64,000 nucleotides of DNA from Gemmatimonas sp. (GTDB lineage Bacteria > Gemmatimonadota > Gemmatimonadetes > Gemmatimonadales > Gemmatimonadaceae). Both the position numbers and the translations under genes were made by a program. Of the stretch, positions 29,190 to 37,918 are shown piece after piece. The notes under the pieces are model-generated. The model saw nothing but the letters and a program-made list of their open reading frames with translations. It searched no databases and had not been told where the DNA came from. Each line of letters opens with the position of its first letter. The stretch's first letter is position 1. Location of the stretch: contig OZ257156.1 in the NCBI GenBank assembly GCA_965279375.1, forward strand, positions 1,536,001 through 1,600,000, read 5' to 3'.

Positions 29190-30427
29190 GCACCTGCACC
29201 TCGAATGCCGCGAGCTCGCGCATCAACTCGCGTATCAACTCACGCAGCAACTCGCGCGTGACGGCGAGTGGCATTGCATTGACCTGCCTCGCGGCTCTTG
29301 GTGCGTGCGCTGGCTCGAGCGCTGTTGTGCCGGCGGCGGCTCCGACACCCATCCCCGCGCGCGCGGCGGCCAACGTTCCCCGGTTGGCTGATGTCTTCAA
29401 GGATCAGTTCAAGATCGGTGCGGCGATCAACGCGACACAGATCATGGAGCGCGATCCGGCCGGTAACGCGCTGGTCGAAGCGCAGTACAACACCATCTCG
29501 CCGGAGAACATCCTCAAGTGGGAAGTCGTGCACCCCAAGCCGGGGCAATACGACTTCACGTTGGCCGACAAGTTCGTGGCGTATGGCGAAGCAAAGAGGA
29601 TGTTCATCGTCGGGCATACGCTCGTCTGGCACAGCCAGACGCCGAGCTGGGTGTTTCAGGACTCGAGTGGTGCCGCGCTGACTCGCGACGCGCTCATCGA
29701 GCGGATGCGTGATCACATCCACACCGTTGTCGGTCGATACAAGGGGCGCATCAACGGGTGGGATGTGGCGAATGAAGTGCTCGAGGAAGACGGCACCATG
29801 CGCAAGTCGTCTTGGCTGCGAATCATCGGCGACGACTTTGTGGAAGTGGCCTTCGGGTTCGCGCGTGAGGCCGATCCGAACGTTGAGCTGTACTACAACG
29901 ACTATTCGCTGGAGAATCCGGCAAAGCGCGCTGGAGCGGTAGCGCTGATCAAGCGATTGCAGGCGAAGGGGATTCCCGTCAAGGCGATCGGCATGCAGGC
30001 GCATTTCAAGATGGATTGGCCGTCGGTGGGGCTCGAAGATTCCACGATCGCCATGTTCGCTGCGCTGGGTGTGAAGGTGAACATGACGGAGCTCGACATC
30101 GATGTGCTTCCGCAGGCCGTTCGATCAAATGGTGCCGACGTTGCCACGCGCGGCCGCAACAGTGCGGCGATGAATCCGTACGTGCGCGGACTGCCTGCCG
30201 ACAAGCAGGAAGCGCTCGCGCGACGCTATCGCGAGATGTTCGAAGTGTTCCTCAAGCATCAGGACGTCATCGATCGCGTGACATTCTGGGGCGTTGCTGA
30301 TGGTGACTCCTGGCTGAACAACTGGCCCGTGCGAGGCCGCACCGCGTATCCGTTGCTGTTCGATCGCTCGCACGAGGCCAAGCGCGCCTTCGATGCGGTG
30401 ATCTCGACGATGCGTCGCGTTCCATGA
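29186..30427 (+). CDS. GH10 endo-1,4-beta-xylanase, lipoprotein
   Basis: PENILKW, GHTLVWHSQ, acid/base WDVANE, YYNDY, nucleophile NMTELD, TFWGVAD; lipobox LAALGAC. ATG overlaps the upstream TGA. Confidence 0.93.
   Translation: MSTCTSNAASSRINSRINSRSNSRVTASGIALTCLAALGACAGSSAVVPAAAPTPIPARAAANVPRLADVFKDQFKIGAAINATQIMERDPAGNALVEAQYNTISPENILKWEVVHPKPGQYDFTLADKFVAYGEAKRMFIVGHTLVWHSQTPSWVFQDSSGAALTRDALIERMRDHIHTVVGRYKGRINGWDVANEVLEEDGTMRKSSWLRIIGDDFVEVAFGFAREADPNVELYYNDYSLENPAKRAGAVALIKRLQAKGIPVKAIGMQAHFKMDWPSVGLEDSTIAMFAALGVKVNMTELDIDVLPQAVRSNGADVATRGRNSAAMNPYVRGLPADKQEALARRYREMFEVFLKHQDVIDRVTFWGVADGDSWLNNWPVRGRTAYPLLFDRSHEAKRAFDAVISTMRRVP
29216..29257 (+). repeat. 12-bp in-frame tandem repeat (3.5 units) encoding SRIN-SRIN-SRSN-SR in the signal n-region
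   Basis: TCGCGCATCAAC TCGCGTATCAAC TCACGCAGCAAC TCGCGC. Confidence 0.8.
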
Positions 30428-31551
30428 TGCGGACACGACCGCACGCAATGCGCGGCGCCTTCTGCGTAGCCCTGAGCGCGACTCTGTTGGCCGCTGCGTG
30501 CGGTGGCGGCGCTGATGGTCCAACGTTGCCGCCCACGCCGGTGATACCCGTAACGCCTCCCGCGCCGGCGGTGGTGACCCCACTGCGTACGCTCGCCGAA
30601 ACGCGTGGCTTGCGTATTCGAATCGGCGCCGCGGCCGGATCGCTCTTCAACACTACGGACGCAACGGGGCAGCAGTTCATGAAGACGTTGGCGGACGAGT
30701 TCAACGCGCTCACGCCAGAGAACGAAATGAAGTTTGGCGCGTTGCAGCCGAGTCGCGGGGTGTTTCGGTATACGCGCCCGGACTCGATGGTGGCGTTTGC
30801 AAAGGCGAACAACATGCAAGTGCGCGGGCACACGCTCGCCTGGCACAGTCAGCTGCCGTCGTGGATCACCAGCGGCACGTGGACTGCGACTGAGGCAAAG
30901 CAGTTGCTCGATGCACACATCGGCGCTGTCGTGTCTCACTACAAGGGACAGTTGGCCGCATGGGATGTGGTGAACGAGGCGTGGACCGATGGCGCGCCGA
31001 CACTGCGCCCGGGCTTCTGGTCTGACCGGTTGGGGCGCGGATACGTGGAGCAGGCGTTTCGCACGGCGTACGCGGCGGACTCCACGACGCCTCTGTACTA
31101 CAACGACTACAACATCGAGCCGGTCAACGCGAAGTCCGACAGTGTCTATGCAATGCTGTCCGATCTGAAGCGTCGTGGTGTGCCGGTGCACGGCGTTGGC
31201 ATGCAGATGCATCTCATTGCTGGATCGCTGCCGTCGATTGCGTCAGTGGCGGAGAACTTTGCTCGCTTCGCCGCGCTGGGGCTCAAGATCCAGATCACGG
31301 AAATGGACATTCGACTTCAGACGCCCTCCACGCCGACAACGCTGGCCACACAGGCGCAGAACTATCGCGACATCCTCAACGTCTGTCTGCAACAGTCCGC
31401 GTGCAACATGGTGGTCACGTGGGGCGTCAGCGACCGCGCGTCATGGATTCCGGGCACCTTTGCCGGCTTTGGTGAGGCGCTGCTGTTCGACAACGCTTTC
31501 GCGCGCAAACCGGCGTATACCGCCGTGAACGATCTGCTGGCAGGCAAATAG
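30424..31551 (+). CDS. GH10 endo-1,4-beta-xylanase, lipoprotein
   Basis: TPENEMKF, RGHTLAWHSQ, WDVVNE, YYNDYN, QITEMD, TWGVSD; lipobox LLAAAC followed by a Pro/Thr tether. Confidence 0.93.
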   Translation: MMRTRPHAMRGAFCVALSATLLAAACGGGADGPTLPPTPVIPVTPPAPAVVTPLRTLAETRGLRIRIGAAAGSLFNTTDATGQQFMKTLADEFNALTPENEMKFGALQPSRGVFRYTRPDSMVAFAKANNMQVRGHTLAWHSQLPSWITSGTWTATEAKQLLDAHIGAVVSHYKGQLAAWDVVNEAWTDGAPTLRPGFWSDRLGRGYVEQAFRTAYAADSTTPLYYNDYNIEPVNAKSDSVYAMLSDLKRRGVPVHGVGMQMHLIAGSLPSIASVAENFARFAALGLKIQITEMDIRLQTPSTPTTLATQAQNYRDILNVCLQQSACNMVVTWGVSDRASWIPGTFAGFGEALLFDNAFARKPAYTAVNDLLAGK

Positions 31552-31599
31552 CGCCGGCGTTGCCCGTTCGCTTGCGCTCATCCTTTGCGGTACTGACCC

Positions 31600-34500
31600 A
31601 TGCTTCGACGAGTGAAGTTCCCGCACGCTGTCATCGCCGCCGTCGCTCTGCTGGCGTGCGCGCCATCGGCGCGTCGTCCGGGGAGTGCGCGTCCCGATCG
31701 GCAGTTGCTCTCGTCGGCGGACTTGCTCAAGGGCAACTTCATCAACGTGTACGACGCCATCGCGTCATTGCGATCGAGCTGGCTGGTCGTGCGCGGCGCT
31801 GACAGTTTCAGCAATCCGAGCGAAGTGGTGGTGTATCAGGATGCGATCAGGCTTGGCAATGCGGAGACGTTGCGTCGAGTTCCTATCCGCGATGCGAAGT
31901 ACATCCGTCACTACGACGGCGTGGCGGCCACGGCGCGCTACGGGATGGGCCATTCTGCGGGCGTGATTCTCATTTCGCTGTTCTCGAGTCCACCACCGCC
32001 GGGCAGTCCGGGCGATTCCACCTCACAGGCACTCGCACACGCACCGGCACCGGCGCAGGTGCACGGGCCGTCCGCCATGGAGTCGATCGCGGAGCCAAGC
32101 ACTGCTTCGACGCTGAGCGATGCTGCGGCCGTTGGGACTGCGGAATCATCAGCAGTCGTCCCCACGCGCGCGTCCTACGTGTCCGCAAGCGCATCGCCGA
32201 AGTCGTTTCCGCTCAGCGTGTCAGGAATCTCCGCGCCCCTGACGGTGAGCGCGAACGACCATATCGGCGTACAGCGCGCGCTTGGCGATCTGCGGGTGGA
32301 TCTCGGACGAGTCACCGGCGCCGAGCCGCTGCTGCGCGTCGCTGCTGGTGCGGCGCCCGACTCGATCGTCGGCGGCGCGATGGTGATCGTCGGCACCATT
32401 GGACACAGTACGCTGATTGATCGACTCGTGCGCGAACGCAAACTCGATGTCCGCTCTATCACCGGGAAGTGGGAGACATTTCTCACGCAGACGATCGAGC
32501 GACCACTTCCCGGAGTTGCGCGCGCGCTGGTGATTGCGGGCAGCGACAAGCGCGGCACGATCTACGGCATCTACGATCTGTCGGCGCAGATCGGTATGTC
32601 ACCGTGGTACTGGTGGGCGGATGTCCCTGTCGTGCGTCGCACACAGCTGCATGTCGCGGCCGGCGTCCACACGCAGGGCACGCCGGCGGTGAAGTATCGG
32701 GGAATCTTCATCAACGATGAAGCGCCGGCGTTCTCCGGGTGGGCCCGCGAGCAGTTCGGCGGCATCAATCACAAGGCGTACGAGCGTGTCTTCGAGCTGC
32801 TGCTGCGGCTCAAGGGCAACTACCTGTGGCCCGCCATGTGGGGCAGCGCCTTTGCCGATGACGACTCGCTCTCTGCTCGGCTCGCCGACGAATACGGCGT
32901 CGTGATGGGCACGTCGCATCACGAGCCGTTGACGCGCGCGCAGGCGGAATGGCCACGCTATGCCAAAGGAGAATGGAACTACGAGCACAACGACTCCACG
33001 CTGCGCGCGTTCTGGCGCGGTGGAATCGAGCGGATGGGCACGCGCGAGAACATCGTGACCGTTGGCATGCGCGGTGATGGCGATATGCCGATGACCGAAG
33101 GGAGCAACATCGCGCTGCTGCAGCGCATTGTGTCCGATCAGCGCGCCATCATCGCTGATGTCACGCGAAAGCCCGCGTCGGCGACGCCGCAGATCTGGGC
33201 GCTCTATAAGGAAGTGCAGGACTACTACGACAAGGGCATGCGCGTCCCGGAGGACGTCACGCTCCTCTTCTCGGATGACAACTGGGGCAACATTCGTCGT
33301 TTGCCCACCGCGAAGGATCGCGGCCGAAGCGGTGGCTTTGGCGTGTACTACCACTTCGACTACGTTGGTGGCCCGCGCAACTACAAGTGGCTGAATACCA
33401 ATCCCATTGCGCGCGTTTGGGAACAGCTGAATCTCGCGTATACGTCGGGCGCTGACCGGGTGTGGATCGTGAATGTTGGCGATATCAAGCTGATGGAGTA
33501 CCCGATCCAGTTCTTCCTCGACTATGCGTGGAACCCTTCTGCAGTCCCCGCGTCGCGCCTCCCCGAGTACGGCACGCAGTGGGCCGCGCAACAGTTCGGC
33601 GAAGAGCAGTCAGCGGAGGTCGGCGCCATCATCCGTGAGACGCTGCAGCTCATCGCGCGCCGCAAGCCCGAATTGCTCGATGTGGATACGTACAGTCTGT
33701 TGAACTTCGGGGAGTCTGATCGTGTGCTGGCCGAGTATGCCTCGCTCGAGGCGCGCGCGGATAGCGTGATGCGCAAGCTTCCCTCAACGCATCGTGATGC
33801 CTTCTATCAGCTGGTGCAGCATCCGCTGCAGGCCGCGGCCAACATCACAGAGCTGTACGCCACCGTGGCGCGCAATCGCCTGTATGCGCAGCAGGGGCGT
33901 GCGGCGACGAACATGCTCGCCGATCGGGCGCGCATGTTGTTTGAACGCGACGCGGAGATCTCGCGGAAGTACAACACCGAGCTGTCCGGCGGGAAATGGA
34001 ATCACATGATGGATCAGACCCACATCGGCTACACGTACTGGCAGGAGCCGCCGCGCAACACGATGCCTCGCGTGGATGTGATCCAGCTGCCACTGGCCGC
34101 AGGTATGGGCGTGGCCGTCGTGGAGGAGAATCGGCCGCCGCTACCGTCGCGGAACGGTGGAGGTCCGCCGGGAGGCGTTAGCGCACGCGCATTGGCGATG
34201 CCTCCGTTCGATCCGTATCAGCAACAGCGGCACGCGTTCGACGTGTACAATCGCGGACAGACTCCGTTCGAGATGTCGGCACGCAGCGATGCGTCGTGGC
34301 TGGTCATCTCACCGTCGAGCGCGACGGTGCGCACGGAGCAGCGAGTCACAGTGCAGGTTGATTGGAGCAAGGTTCCAACGGGCACACAGCGCGCCTCCAT
34401 CATGATCACCGGCCCGTCTGGCGCAACAACCGTGGTGCAAGCGGTTGTGAACAATCCTGCCACGCCGCGTCCTGCGGACGTGCGTGGCTTTGTAGCGAGT

Positions 34501-35037
34501 GCCGGCATCGTATCCATGGAGGCAGAGCATCGTACGCGCACCGTGAACACCAGCGATGTCACGTGGGAAGTGATCCCTGGCCTCGGACGCACGCTCTCAG
34601 GCATGCACGTGATGGCCGCGACTGCGCCGAGCCGTCTGCCGTCGGCCGCGAGTGCTCGCCTCGAGTACGACGTGACGGTGTTCGACTCGGGGACGGTTTC
34701 GATCCAGACCTATCTGTCGCCGACGTTGAACGTCACGGGCGCCGCCTCGGGACTACGGTACGGGATTTCCATCGACGACGAAGCACCACAACTTGTGAAC
34801 ATCACGGCGGATTCGTCGAATGGCGCGTGGGAACGAGCGGTGGCGAACAACGCGCGCGTGCATGTCACGAAACATCGGGTGGCGACGGCCGGCGTGCACA
34901 CCATCAAGTACTGGTTTGTCGATCCTGCAGTCGTGCTGCAGAAGCTCGTGCTGTCGTTTGGTGAATTGCCACAGAGCTATCTCGGACCACCAGAGAGTTT
35001 CCATCGCGCCGGAGTCGGCGGGGGAGAGAAGCGATGA
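31600..35037 (+). CDS. GH115 alpha-glucuronidase fused to an N-terminal TonB-plug-like lipoprotein domain
   Basis: GH115 motifs AGSDKRGTIYGIY, SPWYWWADVP, YRGIFINDEAP, KGNYLWPAMW, GTSHHEP, GMRGDGD, YYHFDYVGGPRNYKW, GKWNHMM. N-terminal ~125 aa carry lipobox VALLAC and a plug-like domain, then a P/S/A linker. Confidence 0.88.
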   Translation: MLRRVKFPHAVIAAVALLACAPSARRPGSARPDRQLLSSADLLKGNFINVYDAIASLRSSWLVVRGADSFSNPSEVVVYQDAIRLGNAETLRRVPIRDAKYIRHYDGVAATARYGMGHSAGVILISLFSSPPPPGSPGDSTSQALAHAPAPAQVHGPSAMESIAEPSTASTLSDAAAVGTAESSAVVPTRASYVSASASPKSFPLSVSGISAPLTVSANDHIGVQRALGDLRVDLGRVTGAEPLLRVAAGAAPDSIVGGAMVIVGTIGHSTLIDRLVRERKLDVRSITGKWETFLTQTIERPLPGVARALVIAGSDKRGTIYGIYDLSAQIGMSPWYWWADVPVVRRTQLHVAAGVHTQGTPAVKYRGIFINDEAPAFSGWAREQFGGINHKAYERVFELLLRLKGNYLWPAMWGSAFADDDSLSARLADEYGVVMGTSHHEPLTRAQAEWPRYAKGEWNYEHNDSTLRAFWRGGIERMGTRENIVTVGMRGDGDMPMTEGSNIALLQRIVSDQRAIIADVTRKPASATPQIWALYKEVQDYYDKGMRVPEDVTLLFSDDNWGNIRRLPTAKDRGRSGGFGVYYHFDYVGGPRNYKWLNTNPIARVWEQLNLAYTSGADRVWIVNVGDIKLMEYPIQFFLDYAWNPSAVPASRLPEYGTQWAAQQFGEEQSAEVGAIIRETLQLIARRKPELLDVDTYSLLNFGESDRVLAEYASLEARADSVMRKLPSTHRDAFYQLVQHPLQAAANITELYATVARNRLYAQQGRAATNMLADRARMLFERDAEISRKYNTELSGGKWNHMMDQTHIGYTYWQEPPRNTMPRVDVIQLPLAAGMGVAVVEENRPPLPSRNGGGPPGGVSARALAMPPFDPYQQQRHAFDVYNRGQTPFEMSARSDASWLVISPSSATVRTEQRVTVQVDWSKVPTGTQRASIMITGPSGATTVVQAVVNNPATPRPADVRGFVASAGIVSMEAEHRTRTVNTSDVTWEVIPGLGRTLSGMHVMAATAPSRLPSAASARLEYDVTVFDSGTVSIQTYLSPTLNVTGAASGLRYGISIDDEAPQLVNITADSSNGAWERAVANNARVHVTKHRVATAGVHTIKYWFVDPAVVLQKLVLSFGELPQSYLGPPESFHRAGVGGGEKR

Positions 35038-36797
35038 ATGCGAGCATGAAGGTGCGTGGCACAATCGCCGCGATCGTTGCGACGGCGGTTGCGGCAATCG
35101 GCGCCTGCACCTCGACCGGGGCACCCGCTCCAGCGTCGCCGTCGGCGCAAGTCGCCGGTCGCGTAGCGCAGTTCGACTGGTTCGAGTACACGGGACGTGA
35201 TTCCGTATACGACGCGTTTCCGGCGCGTGCGAACGAATATCAGAATCCCATTCTGGCCGGCTTCTATCCGGATCCAGCGATCACGCGCGTTGGCGATGAT
35301 TTCTATATCGTCAATTCCACCTTCGTCTACTTTCCCGGGATACCGGTCTTTCACTCGCGCGATCTCGTCAACTGGACGCAGATCGGCAACGTGATCGATC
35401 GACCGACGCAGCTCGAGTTCGACACGCTCGGAATCTCGCGCGGTATCTTCGCGCCGACCATCGAGCATCACAACGGCACCTTCTACGTCCTCAACACCTG
35501 CGTCGATTGCGGTGGCAATTTCATCGTCACCGCAAAGAATCCCGCAGGGCCGTGGTCGGATCCGGTGTGGCTGCGCGAAGTGGATGGGATCGATCCGTCG
35601 ATCTTCTTCGACGATGACGGAAAGACGTATGTCATGAACAACGGCCCACCGATCGGCACACCGTTGTACGACGGGCATCGCGCGATCTGGATTCAGGAGT
35701 TCGACCTCGCGCGGATGACGACGACCGGGCCACGCACGTTGATCGTGAACGGTGGCGTCGATCTCTCCAAGAAGCCGATCTGGATCGAAGGGCCACATCT
35801 CCTGCGCAAGGACGGCTACTACTACCTGACCGCGGCAGAGGGCGGCACGGCCGAAGGGCATTCGCAGGTGGTGCTGCGCAGTCGCAACGTGCGCGGCCCA
35901 TTCGAACCGTACGCAGGCAATCCCATCCTTACGCAGCGACAGTTGCCGCGCGATCGTCGCTTCCCAGTGACGTCGGCAGGGCACGCCAATCTCGTGACCA
36001 CGCCCAAGGGCGATTGGTGGGCGATCTTCCTCGCGACGCGACCGTACACGGGCGACTACTACAACGCGGGGCGCGAAACCTTCCTGCTTCCAGTCACGTG
36101 GAAGGATGGCTGGCCGATCATCACTGCGGACACGCAGGCTGTTCCGTATGTGCATCGCAAGCCGGATCTCGCGCCCACGCCGACGCCCAAGTTTCCAACG
36201 CACGGCAACTTCACCTTGCGTGACGAGTTCGACGGACCGGCGCTCGCGCCATACTGGAATCTCATTCGCACGCCCAAGGAACGGTGGTACGACTTCACCA
36301 CGGCGCGCGGTGCACTGACTCTGCGCGCGCGTCACGTCGATCTGGGAGCGTTCCGTCAGCCATCGTTCGTTGGACGCCGCCAGCAGCATACGAATGCCAC
36401 GGCGACGGTCGCCATGCGCTACGCGCCGAGCGTTGATGATGATCGTGCCGGACTCACGGCATTCCAGAACGACAATTTCTATTATCTGCTCGCCAAGACG
36501 GTGGTGAACGGACAGGTCATGGTGCAACTGACTGCGCGCACAGGGCAGTCAGCGCAGGCGCTCAACAACGGGAAGGCGCGCGTACTTGCGTCTGCGCCGC
36601 TGACGTCGACGGGTTCCGGTACGGTGTACCTCCGCATCGTCGCGCGCGGCGCGCGTTACGACTTCTACTACGCCACCGCACCCAACGATTGGCGGCTGCT
36701 CATGGGTGATGTGGATGGCACCGTGCTGAGCACGAAAGTTGCCACAGGCTTCGTCGGTGTGATGTTCGGCTTGTACGCCTATTCCGCGACTCCGTGA
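35034..36797 (+). CDS. GH43 beta-xylosidase/alpha-L-arabinofuranosidase with C-terminal beta-sandwich, lipoprotein
   Basis: NPILAGFYPDPAI, IFAPTI, GIDPSIF, WIEGPH, AEGGT, GRETFL, RRQQH, GFVGVMFGLY; lipobox AAIGAC. Confidence 0.92.
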   Translation: MNASMKVRGTIAAIVATAVAAIGACTSTGAPAPASPSAQVAGRVAQFDWFEYTGRDSVYDAFPARANEYQNPILAGFYPDPAITRVGDDFYIVNSTFVYFPGIPVFHSRDLVNWTQIGNVIDRPTQLEFDTLGISRGIFAPTIEHHNGTFYVLNTCVDCGGNFIVTAKNPAGPWSDPVWLREVDGIDPSIFFDDDGKTYVMNNGPPIGTPLYDGHRAIWIQEFDLARMTTTGPRTLIVNGGVDLSKKPIWIEGPHLLRKDGYYYLTAAEGGTAEGHSQVVLRSRNVRGPFEPYAGNPILTQRQLPRDRRFPVTSAGHANLVTTPKGDWWAIFLATRPYTGDYYNAGRETFLLPVTWKDGWPIITADTQAVPYVHRKPDLAPTPTPKFPTHGNFTLRDEFDGPALAPYWNLIRTPKERWYDFTTARGALTLRARHVDLGAFRQPSFVGRRQQHTNATATVAMRYAPSVDDDRAGLTAFQNDNFYYLLAKTVVNGQVMVQLTARTGQSAQALNNGKARVLASAPLTSTGSGTVYLRIVARGARYDFYYATAPNDWRLLMGDVDGTVLSTKVATGFVGVMFGLYAYSATP

Positions 36798-37918
36798 CCG
36801 ATAGCCTCATCGCCGCAACGCCTGAGAGAGTACCGCAGTCGAATAGTCGAGGCTTCACGCAGCGCGAGTTCGGCGCGGATCTGTCCGGTCGCGCGGTCGA
36901 ACTCACCACGCTACGGAACGCGTCGGGTGCCGAAGTGTCGTTCCTGTCGCTCGGCGGGATCGTTCAATCGATTCGCATGCCGGATCGACATGGCAGTCTC
37001 GATGAGGTCGTACTCGGCTTCGACGATGTGAACGGATATCTGTGCGACACGCGCTATGTCGGCGCGTTGGTCGGTCGGTACGCGAACCGGATCGCACTCG
37101 CCACCTATCCATCGAACAACGGCGTCGTGCGTCTCGAAGCGAACGAGCCGCCGCATCATTTGCACGGCGGTGTGCACGGCTTTCACTCCAAGCACTGGCA
37201 CGTCGAAACGTTCAAGACCACAACAGTCGTTGGTGCGCGGCTGATGTACGAAAGCCCGGACGGCGATCAGGGGTATCCCGGCGCGCTGTCAGTGGTTGCC
37301 ACGTACACCTTGTCGGACGACAACATCTTCGCCATCGAGTACGACGCCACCACCACTGCAGCGACGCCCGTCAACCTGACGCATCATGCGTACTTCAATC
37401 TGGCGGCGACGAGTGCGGCGACCGTGCTCGACCACTCGCTGCAGGTCTACGCCACGAGATTTCTTCCAATCGATCAGACGTTGATTCCGATCGGTGAGCT
37501 TCGTCCGGTTTCGGGTACGCCGTTCGACTTCACTTCGGCGACGCGCGTCGGCGAACGCATTGGACTGGATGACACGCGCGACGATCAGCTGATGTGGGCT
37601 CGTGGCTATGATCATTGCTACGTGGTGGCGCGAGACGGCAACAGGCTCGCGCGGGCCGCGCGCCTGCATGAGCGCGCGAGCGGGCGAACGCTCGAGATCC
37701 ACACCACGGAGCCCGGCATTCAGGTCTGCACGGGCAACAGCTTTGATGGCACGCAGCCACGACGAGGCGGTAACGGACTTGAGCGGTATGCCGGCATCGC
37801 ACTGGAAACTCAGCACTTCCCTGATTCGCCCAATCGCGCCGACTTCCCGTCAACGATGCTGTCGCCAGGCGATCGCTATCATTCTCGCACGGAGTATCGC
37901 TTTACGGTGAGCGAGTAG
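36794..37918 (+). CDS. galM: Aldose 1-epimerase (mutarotase)
   Basis: GRYANRI, HHLHGG, GDQGYPG, VNLTHHAYFNL, GYDHCY, LETQHFPDSPN. Confidence 0.92.
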   Translation: MTDSLIAATPERVPQSNSRGFTQREFGADLSGRAVELTTLRNASGAEVSFLSLGGIVQSIRMPDRHGSLDEVVLGFDDVNGYLCDTRYVGALVGRYANRIALATYPSNNGVVRLEANEPPHHLHGGVHGFHSKHWHVETFKTTTVVGARLMYESPDGDQGYPGALSVVATYTLSDDNIFAIEYDATTTAATPVNLTHHAYFNLAATSAATVLDHSLQVYATRFLPIDQTLIPIGELRPVSGTPFDFTSATRVGERIGLDDTRDDQLMWARGYDHCYVVARDGNRLARAARLHERASGRTLEIHTTEPGIQVCTGNSFDGTQPRRGGNGLERYAGIALETQHFPDSPNRADFPSTMLSPGDRYHSRTEYRFTVSE

